A DNA stretch of 8,304 nt. Source: Candidatus Auribacterota bacterium. Lineage in GTDB: Bacteria; Auribacterota; UBA6266. Under the pieces are notes generated by a model. It saw only the letters and a program-made list of their open reading frames with translations, had not been told where the DNA came from and did not search any database. Location of the stretch: NCBI GenBank assembly GCA_023136205.1, contig JAGLRQ010000146.1:1-8304 (forward strand), given 5' to 3'. Positions within the stretch are counted from its first letter, which is position 1. Every line of letters starts with the position of its first letter. Of this stretch, positions 1-6,968 are shown piece after piece. A program made the translations under genes and the position numbers.

Positions 1-326
1 TCTATCGCCGAGGGATGGTTATGAGATTCCACCTTAAAAGAAACCGCCCACCCGTCCCCGATATCGATAACACCCGCATTCTCTTCACCGGCTTTGATCA
101 AAATACCGGGGCCTTCCACAGGCAACAGTTTCAGGACAGGCCGGGAATTTTTATAGGAACAATGCTCCGACCACATTACAGAAAATATCCCCAGTTCAGT
201 AAAATTCGGTTTTCGCCCGAGAATTTTTTCTATATGTTTATATTCTTCTTCGGTAAGATTATGCTTTTTAATGAGCTCTTCATTAACTTCCGGCTCACAA
301 AAATTCTTCACGTCTTCTTTGTTCAT
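1..326 (-). CDS. purL: Phosphoribosylformylglycinamidine (FGAM) synthase subunit II, N-terminal fragment; continues beyond the left edge
   Basis: It is absent from the ORF track because it has no stop in the window. The reverse complement from the ATG at 326-324 reads [108 protein letters not shown] and stays open to position 1. MWSEHCSYK and [10 protein letters not shown] are hallmark N-terminal PurL motifs. The gene sits directly after purS-purQ. Confidence 0.9.
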   Translation of the reverse strand, partial: MNKEDVKNFCEPEVNEELIKKHNLTEEEYKHIEKILGRKPNFTELGIFSVMWSEHCSYKNSRPVLKLLPVEGPGILIKAGEENAGVIDIGDGWAVSFKVESHNHPSAI

Positions 327-1022
327 TTAACTCCCTCTAAGAAACGCTCTTATTGAATCAAAAATCTTTTTCCCGTCCGCTGAACCCAGGATTTTTTCCG
401 AACATCTCTCCGGGTGCGGCATTAATCCTAAAACATTTTTTCTCTCATTACATATGCCGGCTATATTATTTAACGAGCCGTTCGGATTTGAAGATTTTTC
501 AACATTTCCGTTTTCTGAACAATATCTGAGAACTACCCGGTGTTCGCTTTCAAGTTTTTCGATAATTTCCGTATCAGCAAAATAATTTCCTTCTCCATGA
601 GCCACAGGTATCCGTAAAGCCTCTTTTTCACCACACAAACTGGTAAAGGGAGTTTCATTATTTTCAACCTTCACCCAGACATCTTTACAAACAAAATTAA
701 GCGATGTATTCCGGAGCATCGCACCGGGAAGAATTCCCGCTTCCAGAAGAATCTGAAAACCATTGCATATTCCTATTACCAGCTTTCCTTTTCGGGCATG
801 CTTCGCAACCGCGTTCATCACCGGCGAAAACCTGGCTATTGATCCAGTTCTCAGGTAATCGCCGTATGAAAAGCCGCCCGGAAGAACAACGCAGTCAAAA
901 CCGTCAACACTGGTTTCTTTATGCCAGATATATTCAGCCTTGACTCCGATAACACCGTTCAAAACGTAATGGCAGTCGTGATCACAATTTGATCCCGGGA
1001 AAACCACAACTCCGAATTTCAT
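327..1022 (-). CDS. purQ: FGAM synthase subunit I (glutamine amidotransferase)
   Basis: 231 aa. The N-terminus [16 protein letters not shown] is typical of PurQ. Class-I amidotransferase nucleophile Cys lies in GICNGFQ, and His/Glu in MPHPER. A GAGGA Shine-Dalgarno sits 6 nt upstream of the ATG (minus strand ...CCAGAGGAAATTCTATG). Confidence 0.95.
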   Translation of the reverse strand: MKFGVVVFPGSNCDHDCHYVLNGVIGVKAEYIWHKETSVDGFDCVVLPGGFSYGDYLRTGSIARFSPVMNAVAKHARKGKLVIGICNGFQILLEAGILPGAMLRNTSLNFVCKDVWVKVENNETPFTSLCGEKEALRIPVAHGEGNYFADTEIIEKLESEHRVVLRYCSENGNVEKSSNPNGSLNNIAGICNERKNVLGLMPHPERCSEKILGSADGKKIFDSIRAFLRGS

Positions 1023-1054
1023 AGAATTTCCTCTGGAGGGTAGTTAATGCAAAC

Positions 1055-1312
1055 TTAACAATCGCCGACTCTCTTCAGGTCATATGTATATTCTTCTATA
1101 ACAGGATTTATCAAAAGCTTTTTACACATCTCTTTCAATCGCGCTTCAGCTTCCTCTTCATCAGAAACATCCAATTTGATCTCCATATATTTCCCAAGCC
1201 TTACATCAGAAACACTTTCGAAATCCAGAGACTCAAGGGCATGTTTCACCGTTACGCCCTGGGGGTCAAGAACACTTTTCTTTAAAGTTACATATACTTT
1301 CGCGAGAAACAT
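1055..1312 (-). CDS. purS: FGAM synthase PurS subunit
   Basis: 85 aa. MFLAKVYVTLKKSVLDPQGVTVKHALESL matches the characteristic PurS N-terminal pattern (V.V.LK..VLDPQG). The size and the position between purB and purQ fit. Confidence 0.9.
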   Translation of the reverse strand: MFLAKVYVTLKKSVLDPQGVTVKHALESLDFESVSDVRLGKYMEIKLDVSDEEEAEARLKEMCKKLLINPVIEEYTYDLKRVGDC

Positions 1313-1339
1313 AATTTATCTCTTAGTTTATAGTTGTGG

Positions 1340-2641
1340 TTATTTTTTGCCAATTCCCGCCGCTCTAAACATCCTGTCAATATCTTTAAGGTAATATTTT
1401 AAATCAAAACAACCTTCTATTTTTGCGGGAGAAAGATAGTTTGTCAATTCATTGTCTTTAAGTAAAAGCCCCTTGAAATCAATATCTTTTTCCCAAACTT
1501 TCATAGCATTTCTCTGAACAATCCTGTAAGCTTTTTCGCGGGAAACACCCTTCCTTGTGAGTTCAAGAAGTATCTTCTGGGAATATATAAGGCCCCTGGT
1601 TTTGTTCAGGTTGGCCATCATGTTTTTAGGGTACACGTTAAGATCCCTAATAACCCCTGTCATCAAATTCAACATGTAATCCAGAAGTATGACACTGTCA
1701 GGAATAATCACCCTTTCTACGGAAGAATGGGTAATATCTCTCTCATGCCATAATGCCACATTTTCAAACCCCGCGAGAGCATTAGCTCTTAATATTCTTG
1801 CAAGCCCGCAGATTCTTTCACAGGTTATCGGATTTCTCTTATGCGGCATCGCCGAAGAACCTTTCTGCCCTTTCGCGAAATACTCTTCGACTTCATAAAT
1901 CTCAGTTCTTTGAAGGCTTCTTATCTCCAGCGCCCATTTTTCCAATACAGCTCCCGCAAGAGCAACTGCTGAAAGAAAATCAGCATGCCTGTCTCTCTGA
2001 ATTATCTGGGTGGATATAACAGCAGGTTTCATGCCAAGTTTTTTAGCCACATATTTTTCCACAGAAGCGCTTAAATGAGCGTGTGTACCCACCGCTCCTG
2101 AGATTTTGGCAACAGATATAATTTTTTTAGCAGAATTCAGCCTTTCATATGCCCTTTGAAGCTCTGTAGCCATCAGGGCCATTTTAAGGCCAAACGTTAC
2201 GGGTTCGGCATGAACCCCGTGGGATCTTCCTGCCATAGGGGTATATTTATATTTCAATGCTTTTTTCCTGGCCTCTTTTAAAAGATCTTTCAAATCTTCT
2301 AAAAGCAGTTCTGCTGATTGCTTCATAAGATACGAAAGAGAAGTATCGAGGACATCGGAAGAAGTCATTCCATAATGTATGTGTTTTGAAGAAGGCCCAA
2401 CCTTTTGCGCGACAGAGGTCAAAAACGCGATAACATCATGATTAGTTCTTTTCTCAATTTCAGCAATTCTTTTTATGTCGTACCCGGCTTTCTTTTTAAT
2501 TTCACCAAGGGCCCTTTTTGAAATTATCCCTATCTCCGACATTCCTTCACAGGCAAGAATTTCAACCTTGAGCCAGGTATCAAATTTATTTTCCTGGGAC
2601 CATATCTTCCCCATCTTAGCTCTTGTATATCTTTTAATCAT
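1340..2641 (-). CDS. purB: Adenylosuccinate lyase
   Basis: 433 aa, the length of short Bacillus-type PurB. It carries the fumarate-lyase superfamily signature SSAMPHKRNP. The N-terminus MIKRYTRAKMGKIWSQENKFDTWLKVE is typical of PurB. Confidence 0.95.
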   Translation of the reverse strand: MIKRYTRAKMGKIWSQENKFDTWLKVEILACEGMSEIGIISKRALGEIKKKAGYDIKRIAEIEKRTNHDVIAFLTSVAQKVGPSSKHIHYGMTSSDVLDTSLSYLMKQSAELLLEDLKDLLKEARKKALKYKYTPMAGRSHGVHAEPVTFGLKMALMATELQRAYERLNSAKKIISVAKISGAVGTHAHLSASVEKYVAKKLGMKPAVISTQIIQRDRHADFLSAVALAGAVLEKWALEIRSLQRTEIYEVEEYFAKGQKGSSAMPHKRNPITCERICGLARILRANALAGFENVALWHERDITHSSVERVIIPDSVILLDYMLNLMTGVIRDLNVYPKNMMANLNKTRGLIYSQKILLELTRKGVSREKAYRIVQRNAMKVWEKDIDFKGLLLKDNELTNYLSPAKIEGCFDLKYYLKDIDRMFRAAGIGKK

Positions 2642-2680
2642 ATCAAACCCCTGCCTTTCTAAAGGAAATAGAAGGTTTTC

Positions 2681-2710
2681 ATGTTATCAAACCACTTATA
2701 ACAACGTCAA
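2681..2710 (-). promoter_or_regulatory. Candidate sigma70-type promoter for purB-purS-purQ-purL
   Basis: The minus strand reads TTGACG (2710-2705), an 18-nt spacer, then TAACAT (2686-2681), about 40 nt upstream of the purB ATG. An AGGGG SD lies near the start. The match was made by eye and the -10 is only 4/6. Confidence 0.3.
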
Positions 2711-2772
2711 CGATAAAAAGGAAATTTTATAGTTTAAGGACAGATAGAACGGGTAAGGGGTTGCTTTTAACT

Positions 2773-3342
2773 CTAATTGGATTCCATTTTTATTTTTTTC
2801 GTTACACTTTTTGAACTATAGCAGCTCAATCCGCAGATATCACCTCTTATTCCAAACAGGACGTCAACATTTTTAAGATGCCACTTGCAAAAACCCCGGC
2901 CTCTCTCCCTGTTAACCGACTCAATATTCGGCTCGCCATAAATTCCAACAAGCTTGTTCCTTATAAAATAATAGAGTTCAAAATCAGGTTTACCGCCGCT
3001 TTCTTTTACATAGAAAAGTTCATCCTCGATTCCTTTGTCCACTATATCAACGGCTCGCTTGGCAAACCCAACCTCAAATTTGGTAAGTTTATCCATATCA
3101 GAAAAAGTTAATCTTACTCTTTCAATATGTTCTATCGAAGACGGGGGTTTTTCATAGACAAGATATTTGTCTCCCTCTTCCAATTTCCTGATCGCGCGCC
3201 GTTGAAACTCTGCTTCTATATCTTCTTTCTTACTCCCGATTCTAAGCCCAAGAACTGAATCAGTTCTGAACATTATAATTAAAATGTACACAATCATGCC
3301 TAAAAGGAAAAGAATAAGAAGGGGAATCGCGGTTTTTTTCAT
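2773..3342 (-). CDS. Hypothetical N-terminally membrane-anchored protein (189 aa), no family recognised
   Basis: This is the only long ORF in the interval. An AGGTGA SD lies about 10 nt upstream of the ATG. The N-terminus is MKK plus a hydrophobic stretch, TAIPLLILFLLGMIVYILIIMF, giving one TM or signal anchor. The remainder is about 160 aa, soluble and charged. It starts 31 nt after the corA stop. Confidence 0.7.
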   Translation of the reverse strand: MKKTAIPLLILFLLGMIVYILIIMFRTDSVLGLRIGSKKEDIEAEFQRRAIRKLEEGDKYLVYEKPPSSIEHIERVRLTFSDMDKLTKFEVGFAKRAVDIVDKGIEDELFYVKESGGKPDFELYYFIRNKLVGIYGEPNIESVNRERGRGFCKWHLKNVDVLFGIRGDICGLSCYSSKSVTKKIKMESN

Positions 3343-3373
3343 TTAAACATTCTCACCTGTTCATAAACCAACA

Positions 3374-4336
3374 TCAAAACCAGTTTTTTCTCTTAAACCA
3401 GAGCATTAGAAAAGCGGTTATCACAAGCATTATAGCCACAATCAAAAGAAAACTGTAAGGGCTTTTACTTAAGGGCAGGTTTATATTCATGCCGTAAATA
3501 CTCGATATGACAACAAACGGCATCATAATCGTCGCTATAGCAGTCAGGGCTTTCATCACCTGATTCATCCTGTTAGACTCGACCGTCATATATATATCGC
3601 GGACACTATCAATGTAATCACGCAGATTATCGATCGTATCATTAATCTGGTACATAGCATCATAAGTATCGCTCATATATATCCTCGTTTTGTCCATTAT
3701 CGGATTGAACTTCCGGTGTGAAAGCTTATTAAACAATTCCCTCTGAGGCACCTGGATCCTTCTCACTTCTTTAAGGTCGTTTCTAAGAAGTATTATGTCC
3801 TTAAGAGATATCGAAGTTTCTCCCTCAACTACGTCATCTTCAACCTTCTCAATCCTCTTTTCCAAAAAATCGAGGATATAATTGTAGTTATCCATCGTGC
3901 TGTCAACAAGGTTATAAAACATCATATCCATCCCCTGCTTGAACAGACTGCCAGGGTCCCTGATACAACGTTCTTTAATGGTATCAATACTTTTTACCGG
4001 TGACCTGCTGTAAGTTACAAGATAATTAGAGCCGAGAAAGATATCTATTTCTACCGTTTCAAAGGTTTCAAGGTGGTTAAGATCGGGAGCATGAATTACC
4101 ATAAAAAGATACTCCCCGTAATCATCGATTTTAGGATACTGCATCTCTTTGGAACAGTCTTCAATGCTCAGGGGGTGAAAGTTAAAAAGGCTTTTCAAAA
4201 CACCATTGAGCTCCTGCTCATCCGATTCTGTAATATTTATCCAGACTTTATCCCTCTTTACAGTCTCCTTCGAAAGATCTCCGGCACCCTCATAAACCTT
4301 TAAATCTTTTCCATTATAGGCATATGCAGTTATCAT
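3374..4336 (-). CDS. corA: CorA-family Mg2+/Co2+ transporter
   Basis: 320 aa. A large soluble N-terminal domain is followed by two C-terminal TM helices joined by the diagnostic YGMN loop (SSIYGMNINLP). The tail is basic (WFKRKNWF). A GGTGA SD lies just upstream of the ATG. Confidence 0.9.
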   Translation of the reverse strand: MITAYAYNGKDLKVYEGAGDLSKETVKRDKVWINITESDEQELNGVLKSLFNFHPLSIEDCSKEMQYPKIDDYGEYLFMVIHAPDLNHLETFETVEIDIFLGSNYLVTYSRSPVKSIDTIKERCIRDPGSLFKQGMDMMFYNLVDSTMDNYNYILDFLEKRIEKVEDDVVEGETSISLKDIILLRNDLKEVRRIQVPQRELFNKLSHRKFNPIMDKTRIYMSDTYDAMYQINDTIDNLRDYIDSVRDIYMTVESNRMNQVMKALTAIATIMMPFVVISSIYGMNINLPLSKSPYSFLLIVAIMLVITAFLMLWFKRKNWF

Positions 4337-4425
4337 AACTCACCATTATAATTTAATCATCCATGCAACAAGCCATTCTAATCAGATAACAGCCCTCTGA
4401 CAACCTTTTTTCCCAAAAAATTTGT

Positions 4426-4434
4426 ATTATAACA
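4426..4434 (-). promoter_or_regulatory. Candidate extended -10 promoter element for corA
   Basis: The minus strand reads TGTTATAAT, a perfect TGnTATAAT, immediately after the purU stop and about 90 nt upstream of the corA ATG. There is no good -35, which extended -10 promoters tolerate. Confidence 0.35.
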
Positions 4435-4439
4435 AGAAA

Positions 4440-5297
4440 TCAGACAAAAACTATTGTTCTGTTCTTATAAACCACTATCCTGTCTTCCATATGCCATTTT
4501 ACCGCTTTAAAAAGAACAGTGCGTTCAATATCTTTACCCTTGATTTTCAACTTTTTCACATCATCCCTGTGGCTTACCCTCGCGACATCCTGTTCTATTA
4601 TAGAGCCTTTATCAAGTTCCTCAGTAACATAATGAGCAGTCGCTCCTATAATTTTTACACCTCTTTCATATGCCTGCTTATACGGCTTTGCCCCGGCGAA
4701 CGCCGGTAAGAAGGAATGATGAATATTTATAATATTGTTTCTGTATTTATCTACAAAACCTTTAGTCAAAATCTGCATATACCTGGCAAGGACTATAAAA
4801 TCAACCTTGCCTTCCATAAAAGAAAGTAATTCCCTCTCGGCTTTTTCCCTATTGTCCTTCTTTACTTCAAATTTTCTGAATTCAAGATTGAACTGTTCGA
4901 CTACATTTCTTAAAACATCGTGATTGCTTATAACAAATGGGATATCAACAGAAAGTTCCCCGTTTTTCCACCTCCATAAAAGCTCCTGTAGGCAATGTTC
5001 CTCTTTTGTTACAAATACCGCCATTCTTTTCTTTTTGTGCGAAAAGCTCACTCTCCAGGTAAAAGAAAACTTTTCCGCTATAGGAAGAAACCTTTGATAA
5101 AAATCTTTGCCGTCCAACAAAAAACCGGCAGGTTCAAACTCTATTCTCATAAAGAAAATTCCACCTTTATGGCTGGTGGTATACTGGCCAGACTCTATAA
5201 TATTGGCTCCATTCTCATAAAGAAAAGAGGCTACAGCGGCAACAATCCCTTTTTTGTCAGGGCAGGAAATCAATAATCTAACCGTATTAGCTTCCAT
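4440..5297 (-). CDS. purU: Formyltetrahydrofolate deformylase
   Basis: 285 aa. It has an N-terminal ACT domain (LLISCPDKKGIVAAVASFLYENGANI). The C-terminal formyltransferase core is NIHHSFLPAFAGAKPYKQAYERGVKIIGATAHYVTEELDKGSIIEQDV. The ACT plus formyltransferase architecture distinguishes PurU from PurN. Confidence 0.9.
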   Translation of the reverse strand: MEANTVRLLISCPDKKGIVAAVASFLYENGANIIESGQYTTSHKGGIFFMRIEFEPAGFLLDGKDFYQRFLPIAEKFSFTWRVSFSHKKKRMAVFVTKEEHCLQELLWRWKNGELSVDIPFVISNHDVLRNVVEQFNLEFRKFEVKKDNREKAERELLSFMEGKVDFIVLARYMQILTKGFVDKYRNNIINIHHSFLPAFAGAKPYKQAYERGVKIIGATAHYVTEELDKGSIIEQDVARVSHRDDVKKLKIKGKDIERTVLFKAVKWHMEDRIVVYKNRTIVFV

Positions 5298-5350
5298 AAA
5301 AACCCCTATTAAATTGAAAGTTTATATTTCATCTTTATTCCAAAGGCAGT

Positions 5351-5998
5351 TCAATCACTGATATTTTGCCTGCCAATCTTTTTACCGTTCTTATAAGTTT
5401 CTATACAGATTATTTGCCCATTCTCATCATAAAAACTGCTTGCGCCATGAAGTTTATTATTTTTAAAATTATGTTCACTTTTCAAAATGCCGTTTTCCCT
5501 GTATTCCCTTGTTATTCCCTGTTGCTTTCCCTTTTTATAATTATACTCAAACAGCAATTTTCCATTGCAACCATATTTTTTACACACTCCGTTTAGTTTT
5601 CCATTTTTATAGTTTCTTTTAAGTTTCAGGTTCCCATTCTCATAATATGTTTTGCTTGCACCTTCGAGTTTTCCTTTTCTATAATTTTTTTCAGAAGCCA
5701 GCCTGCCGTTTTCATGATAAACCCTGGAAAGGCCATCCCTGTTTGCATTTCTATATCTATATTCTCTTATTAATGTTCCTTGCTCATTATATTCCTTTGC
5801 TACTCCGTCAGGGATCCTGCCTTTGGTTTTCCTAAGCCTCCAGTTTTTATCGAACTTCTGTCTGGCAAATTCCTTGTTTACACCATAAAAAACCCTTTCC
5901 CATCCGTCTTCACCAAGGGTGGTCCTCATCATAACAACCTGAGAAAACGCGACGGAAGGAATTAATGCCAACAAAACCGCATACAAAATCTTCCTCAT
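5351..5998 (-). CDS. Secreted MORN-variant repeat protein (YwqK-like family)
   Basis: The ORF track starts at 6010 (MRFDM...). The internal ATG at 5998 has a GAGG SD 6 nt upstream (minus strand ATGAGGTTTGATATG). It yields a canonical signal peptide, MRKILYAVLLALIPSVAFS|Q. The body consists of repeats of the form xGxxKxYYENGxLxxExNYKNGKL. Confidence 0.8.
   Translation of the reverse strand: MRKILYAVLLALIPSVAFSQVVMMRTTLGEDGWERVFYGVNKEFARQKFDKNWRLRKTKGRIPDGVAKEYNEQGTLIREYRYRNANRDGLSRVYHENGRLASEKNYRKGKLEGASKTYYENGNLKLKRNYKNGKLNGVCKKYGCNGKLLFEYNYKKGKQQGITREYRENGILKSEHNFKNNKLHGASSFYDENGQIICIETYKNGKKIGRQNISD
5378..5809 (-). repeat. Six tandem protein-level repeats with exactly 24-aa (72-nt) period inside the MORN-variant gene
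   Basis: Repeat units begin at D68, D92, E116, N140, Q164 and H188 (numbering from the 6010 start), each 24 residues long. The conserved G at position 2, the Y.(E)NG core and the (Y/F)K.GK tail recur. The DNA copies have diverged and are not identical. Confidence 0.75.
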
Positions 5999-6067
5999 AT
6001 CAAACCTCATATAATGGTGGTATTATTATCACATAATAACAAAATTTTTTAAACCCTGAATTTTCCT

Positions 6068-6096
6068 TTGACATATCATTAACAATTTCTCATAAT
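6068..6096 (+). promoter_or_regulatory. Near-consensus sigma70 promoter (TTGACA-N17-CATAAT)
   Basis: TTGACA is at 6068-6073, followed by an exactly 17-nt spacer and CATAAT at 6091-6096. The predicted start is around A6104, the A of an ATG. This is the best promoter match I can find in the window. Confidence 0.45.
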
Positions 6097-6103
6097 GAAA
6101 CCT

Positions 6104-6289
6104 ATGAAATGGATATTCTCTATTCTTTTTTTACTTGGTTGTTTTTTTTCTTTCGCGGCTCACTTAACCAGTAATACGCAAAAAAGAAAAATATTCCTAA
6201 TTATCACGATAATGGTATGGATTATTATCATCACTTTCTGGATTTTTCTCCTTTTGAATATTATACCTTCCGCCTCAGAAATCTCTTGA
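6104..6289 (+). CDS. Possible small (61 aa) two-helix membrane protein, possibly translated from a leaderless mRNA
   Basis: The product reads MKWIFSILFLLGCFFSFAAHLTSNTQKRKIFLIITIMVWIIIITFWIFLLLNIIPSASEIS. It has two hydrophobic segments separated by a basic loop, and FLLGC also fits a loose lipobox. No SD precedes either ATG (6095 or 6104). The 6095 ATG lies inside the -10 hexamer, so 6104 is preferred. In AT-rich DNA an ORF like this can arise by chance. Confidence 0.35.
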   Translation: MKWIFSILFLLGCFFSFAAHLTSNTQKRKIFLIITIMVWIIIITFWIFLLLNIIPSASEIS

Positions 6290-6447
6290 ATAACATTGTT
6301 CCCTAAATAACTTTCAGGATTTTTGGTCATTAAAGCGATGTTTTGAAACACCGGCCCGCGTTTTTTATGAAACTCTTGATTTTAATTTTACTCATTCCCG
6401 GCCTCCAAAAACATCGTCATCTTATAATAAGAAACAAAGGCATAATC

Positions 6448-6852
6448 TCATACCTTTTTTGATTTTTCCGTAACAAAAATAGGAAGGGATGCTTCCTGTT
6501 TTCCATCAATAGCTAAATCTATTGCATATTCTCCATATTTTCCAATCTTTAAATTTTGTATATTCAGAACTATATTTAATGCTATAGAATTATAAGGACA
6601 TTTATCAAAGCTAACTTTAACGCCTCCATCTATATGCTTTATAACCGGCTTCCCGTCCTCATCAATAATGTTGATTCTGAACTTATGGCCGCCTTCCTCT
6701 ATCTGGGAAAATCTTAATCTAAGGGCTACCGCACATTGTGGATGCACATATGGCATTTTTTTTAAAACCATAGAATCAAAAGCTCCAAGAATATTCAGCT
6801 TACCATAATAATCAGCGGCCGCATCACAAACAACAAAAGTTTCTATTTTCAT
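6448..6852 (-). CDS. Uncharacterised 134-aa soluble protein (conserved-hypothetical type)
   Basis: A perfect AGGAGG SD (6865-6860) sits 7 nt upstream of the ATG. There is no signal peptide or TM segment. The alternating hydrophobic/polar pattern suggests a beta-rich fold. The N-terminal motif is FVVCDAAADYYGKLNILGAFD. From memory it resembles a widespread family of 120-140-aa bacterial hypotheticals, possibly the one catalogued as DUF6941. I cannot verify that here. Confidence 0.8.
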   Translation of the reverse strand: MKIETFVVCDAAADYYGKLNILGAFDSMVLKKMPYVHPQCAVALRLRFSQIEEGGHKFRINIIDEDGKPVIKHIDGGVKVSFDKCPYNSIALNIVLNIQNLKIGKYGEYAIDLAIDGKQEASLPIFVTEKSKKV

Positions 6853-6875
6853 TGAAAGACCTCCTTTTAATACGT

Positions 6876-6903
6876 TTTATATACACTATTCAGCAATAAA
6901 CAA
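6876..6903 (-). promoter_or_regulatory. Candidate promoter for the 134-aa gene
   Basis: The minus strand reads TTGTTT (6903-6898), a 16-nt spacer, then TATAAA (6881-6876), about 24 nt upstream of the ATG. This would leave a short leader carrying the AGGAGG SD. A-tract-rich DNA further upstream (6911-6940) resembles an UP element. The match was made by eye. Confidence 0.3.
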
Positions 6904-6945
6904 GGTAACATAGAAGAAAAAATAAAAATAGAAAAAAATAGGGAC

Positions 6946-6964
6946 AACAGCGACTGTTTTTTTT
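6946..6964. terminator. Weak hairpin plus T-run, possible terminator separating the glycosyltransferase and the 134-aa gene
   Basis: The stem is AACAG / CTGTT (6946-6950 and 6954-6958) with loop CGA, running into eight T residues (6957-6964). The stem is only 5 bp. The canonical orientation is the plus strand, where no upstream gene exists. On the minus strand an A-run precedes it and a T-run follows about 8 nt later. Confidence 0.2.
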
Positions 6965-6968
6965 GTGT

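Noticed and set aside
15-356. 113-aa plus-strand ORF from the track
   Set aside because: It lies antisense to an unmistakable PurL N-terminus ([18 protein letters not shown]). It has no SD and a low-complexity product, so it is a shadow ORF.
704-2732. Plus-strand ORFs 704-943, 1176-1394, 1689-1898, 1798-2019 and 2475-2732
   Set aside because: All lie antisense inside or across purQ, purS and purB, which have strong family signatures. There are no RBSs and no recognisable products.
2642-2772. Purine riboswitch or PurR/PurBox operator upstream of purB, including the 12-bp palindrome CCTTTCTAAAGG at 2654-2665
   Set aside because: The leader is too short and lacks the conserved guanine-riboswitch core. 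The palindrome does not match the E. coli PurR box or the Bacillus PurBox. Inverted repeats with 5-bp arms are expected several times by chance in 8 kb.
4337-4439. M-box (Mg2+) riboswitch ahead of corA
   Set aside because: Only 103 nt are available, and part of that is promoter. M-box aptamers are much longer, and I see no matching conserved helices.
5298-5350. ZTP (pfl) riboswitch ahead of purU
   Set aside because: The spacer is 53 nt and AT-rich, with no GGGTCGTGACTGGCG-like or CCGCCTGGGCA-like element.
2878-5965. Plus-strand ORFs 2878-3111, 4073-4303, 4422-4709, 4735-4923, 4995-5276, 5366-5596, 5647-5835 and 5780-5965
   Set aside because: These are antisense shadows of the 189-aa gene, corA, purU and the MORN-repeat gene. 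Their products are F/L/I-rich, as expected from reading AT-rich coding DNA backwards.
6160-6351. 63-aa minus-strand ORF overlapping the small plus-strand ORF
   Set aside because: Its start codon is GTG, with no SD and no promoter positioned to serve it. Half of the product mirrors the hydrophobic plus-strand ORF. It is less plausible than the plus-strand reading, which has the consensus promoter. Neither reading is proven.
6333-6366. Intrinsic terminator for the small plus-strand ORF (AAAGCG...CCGGCCCGCG followed by TTTTTT)
   Set aside because: A T-run follows a GC-rich patch, but I can only draw short bulged stems with a large loop. This is not convincing without a folding calculation.
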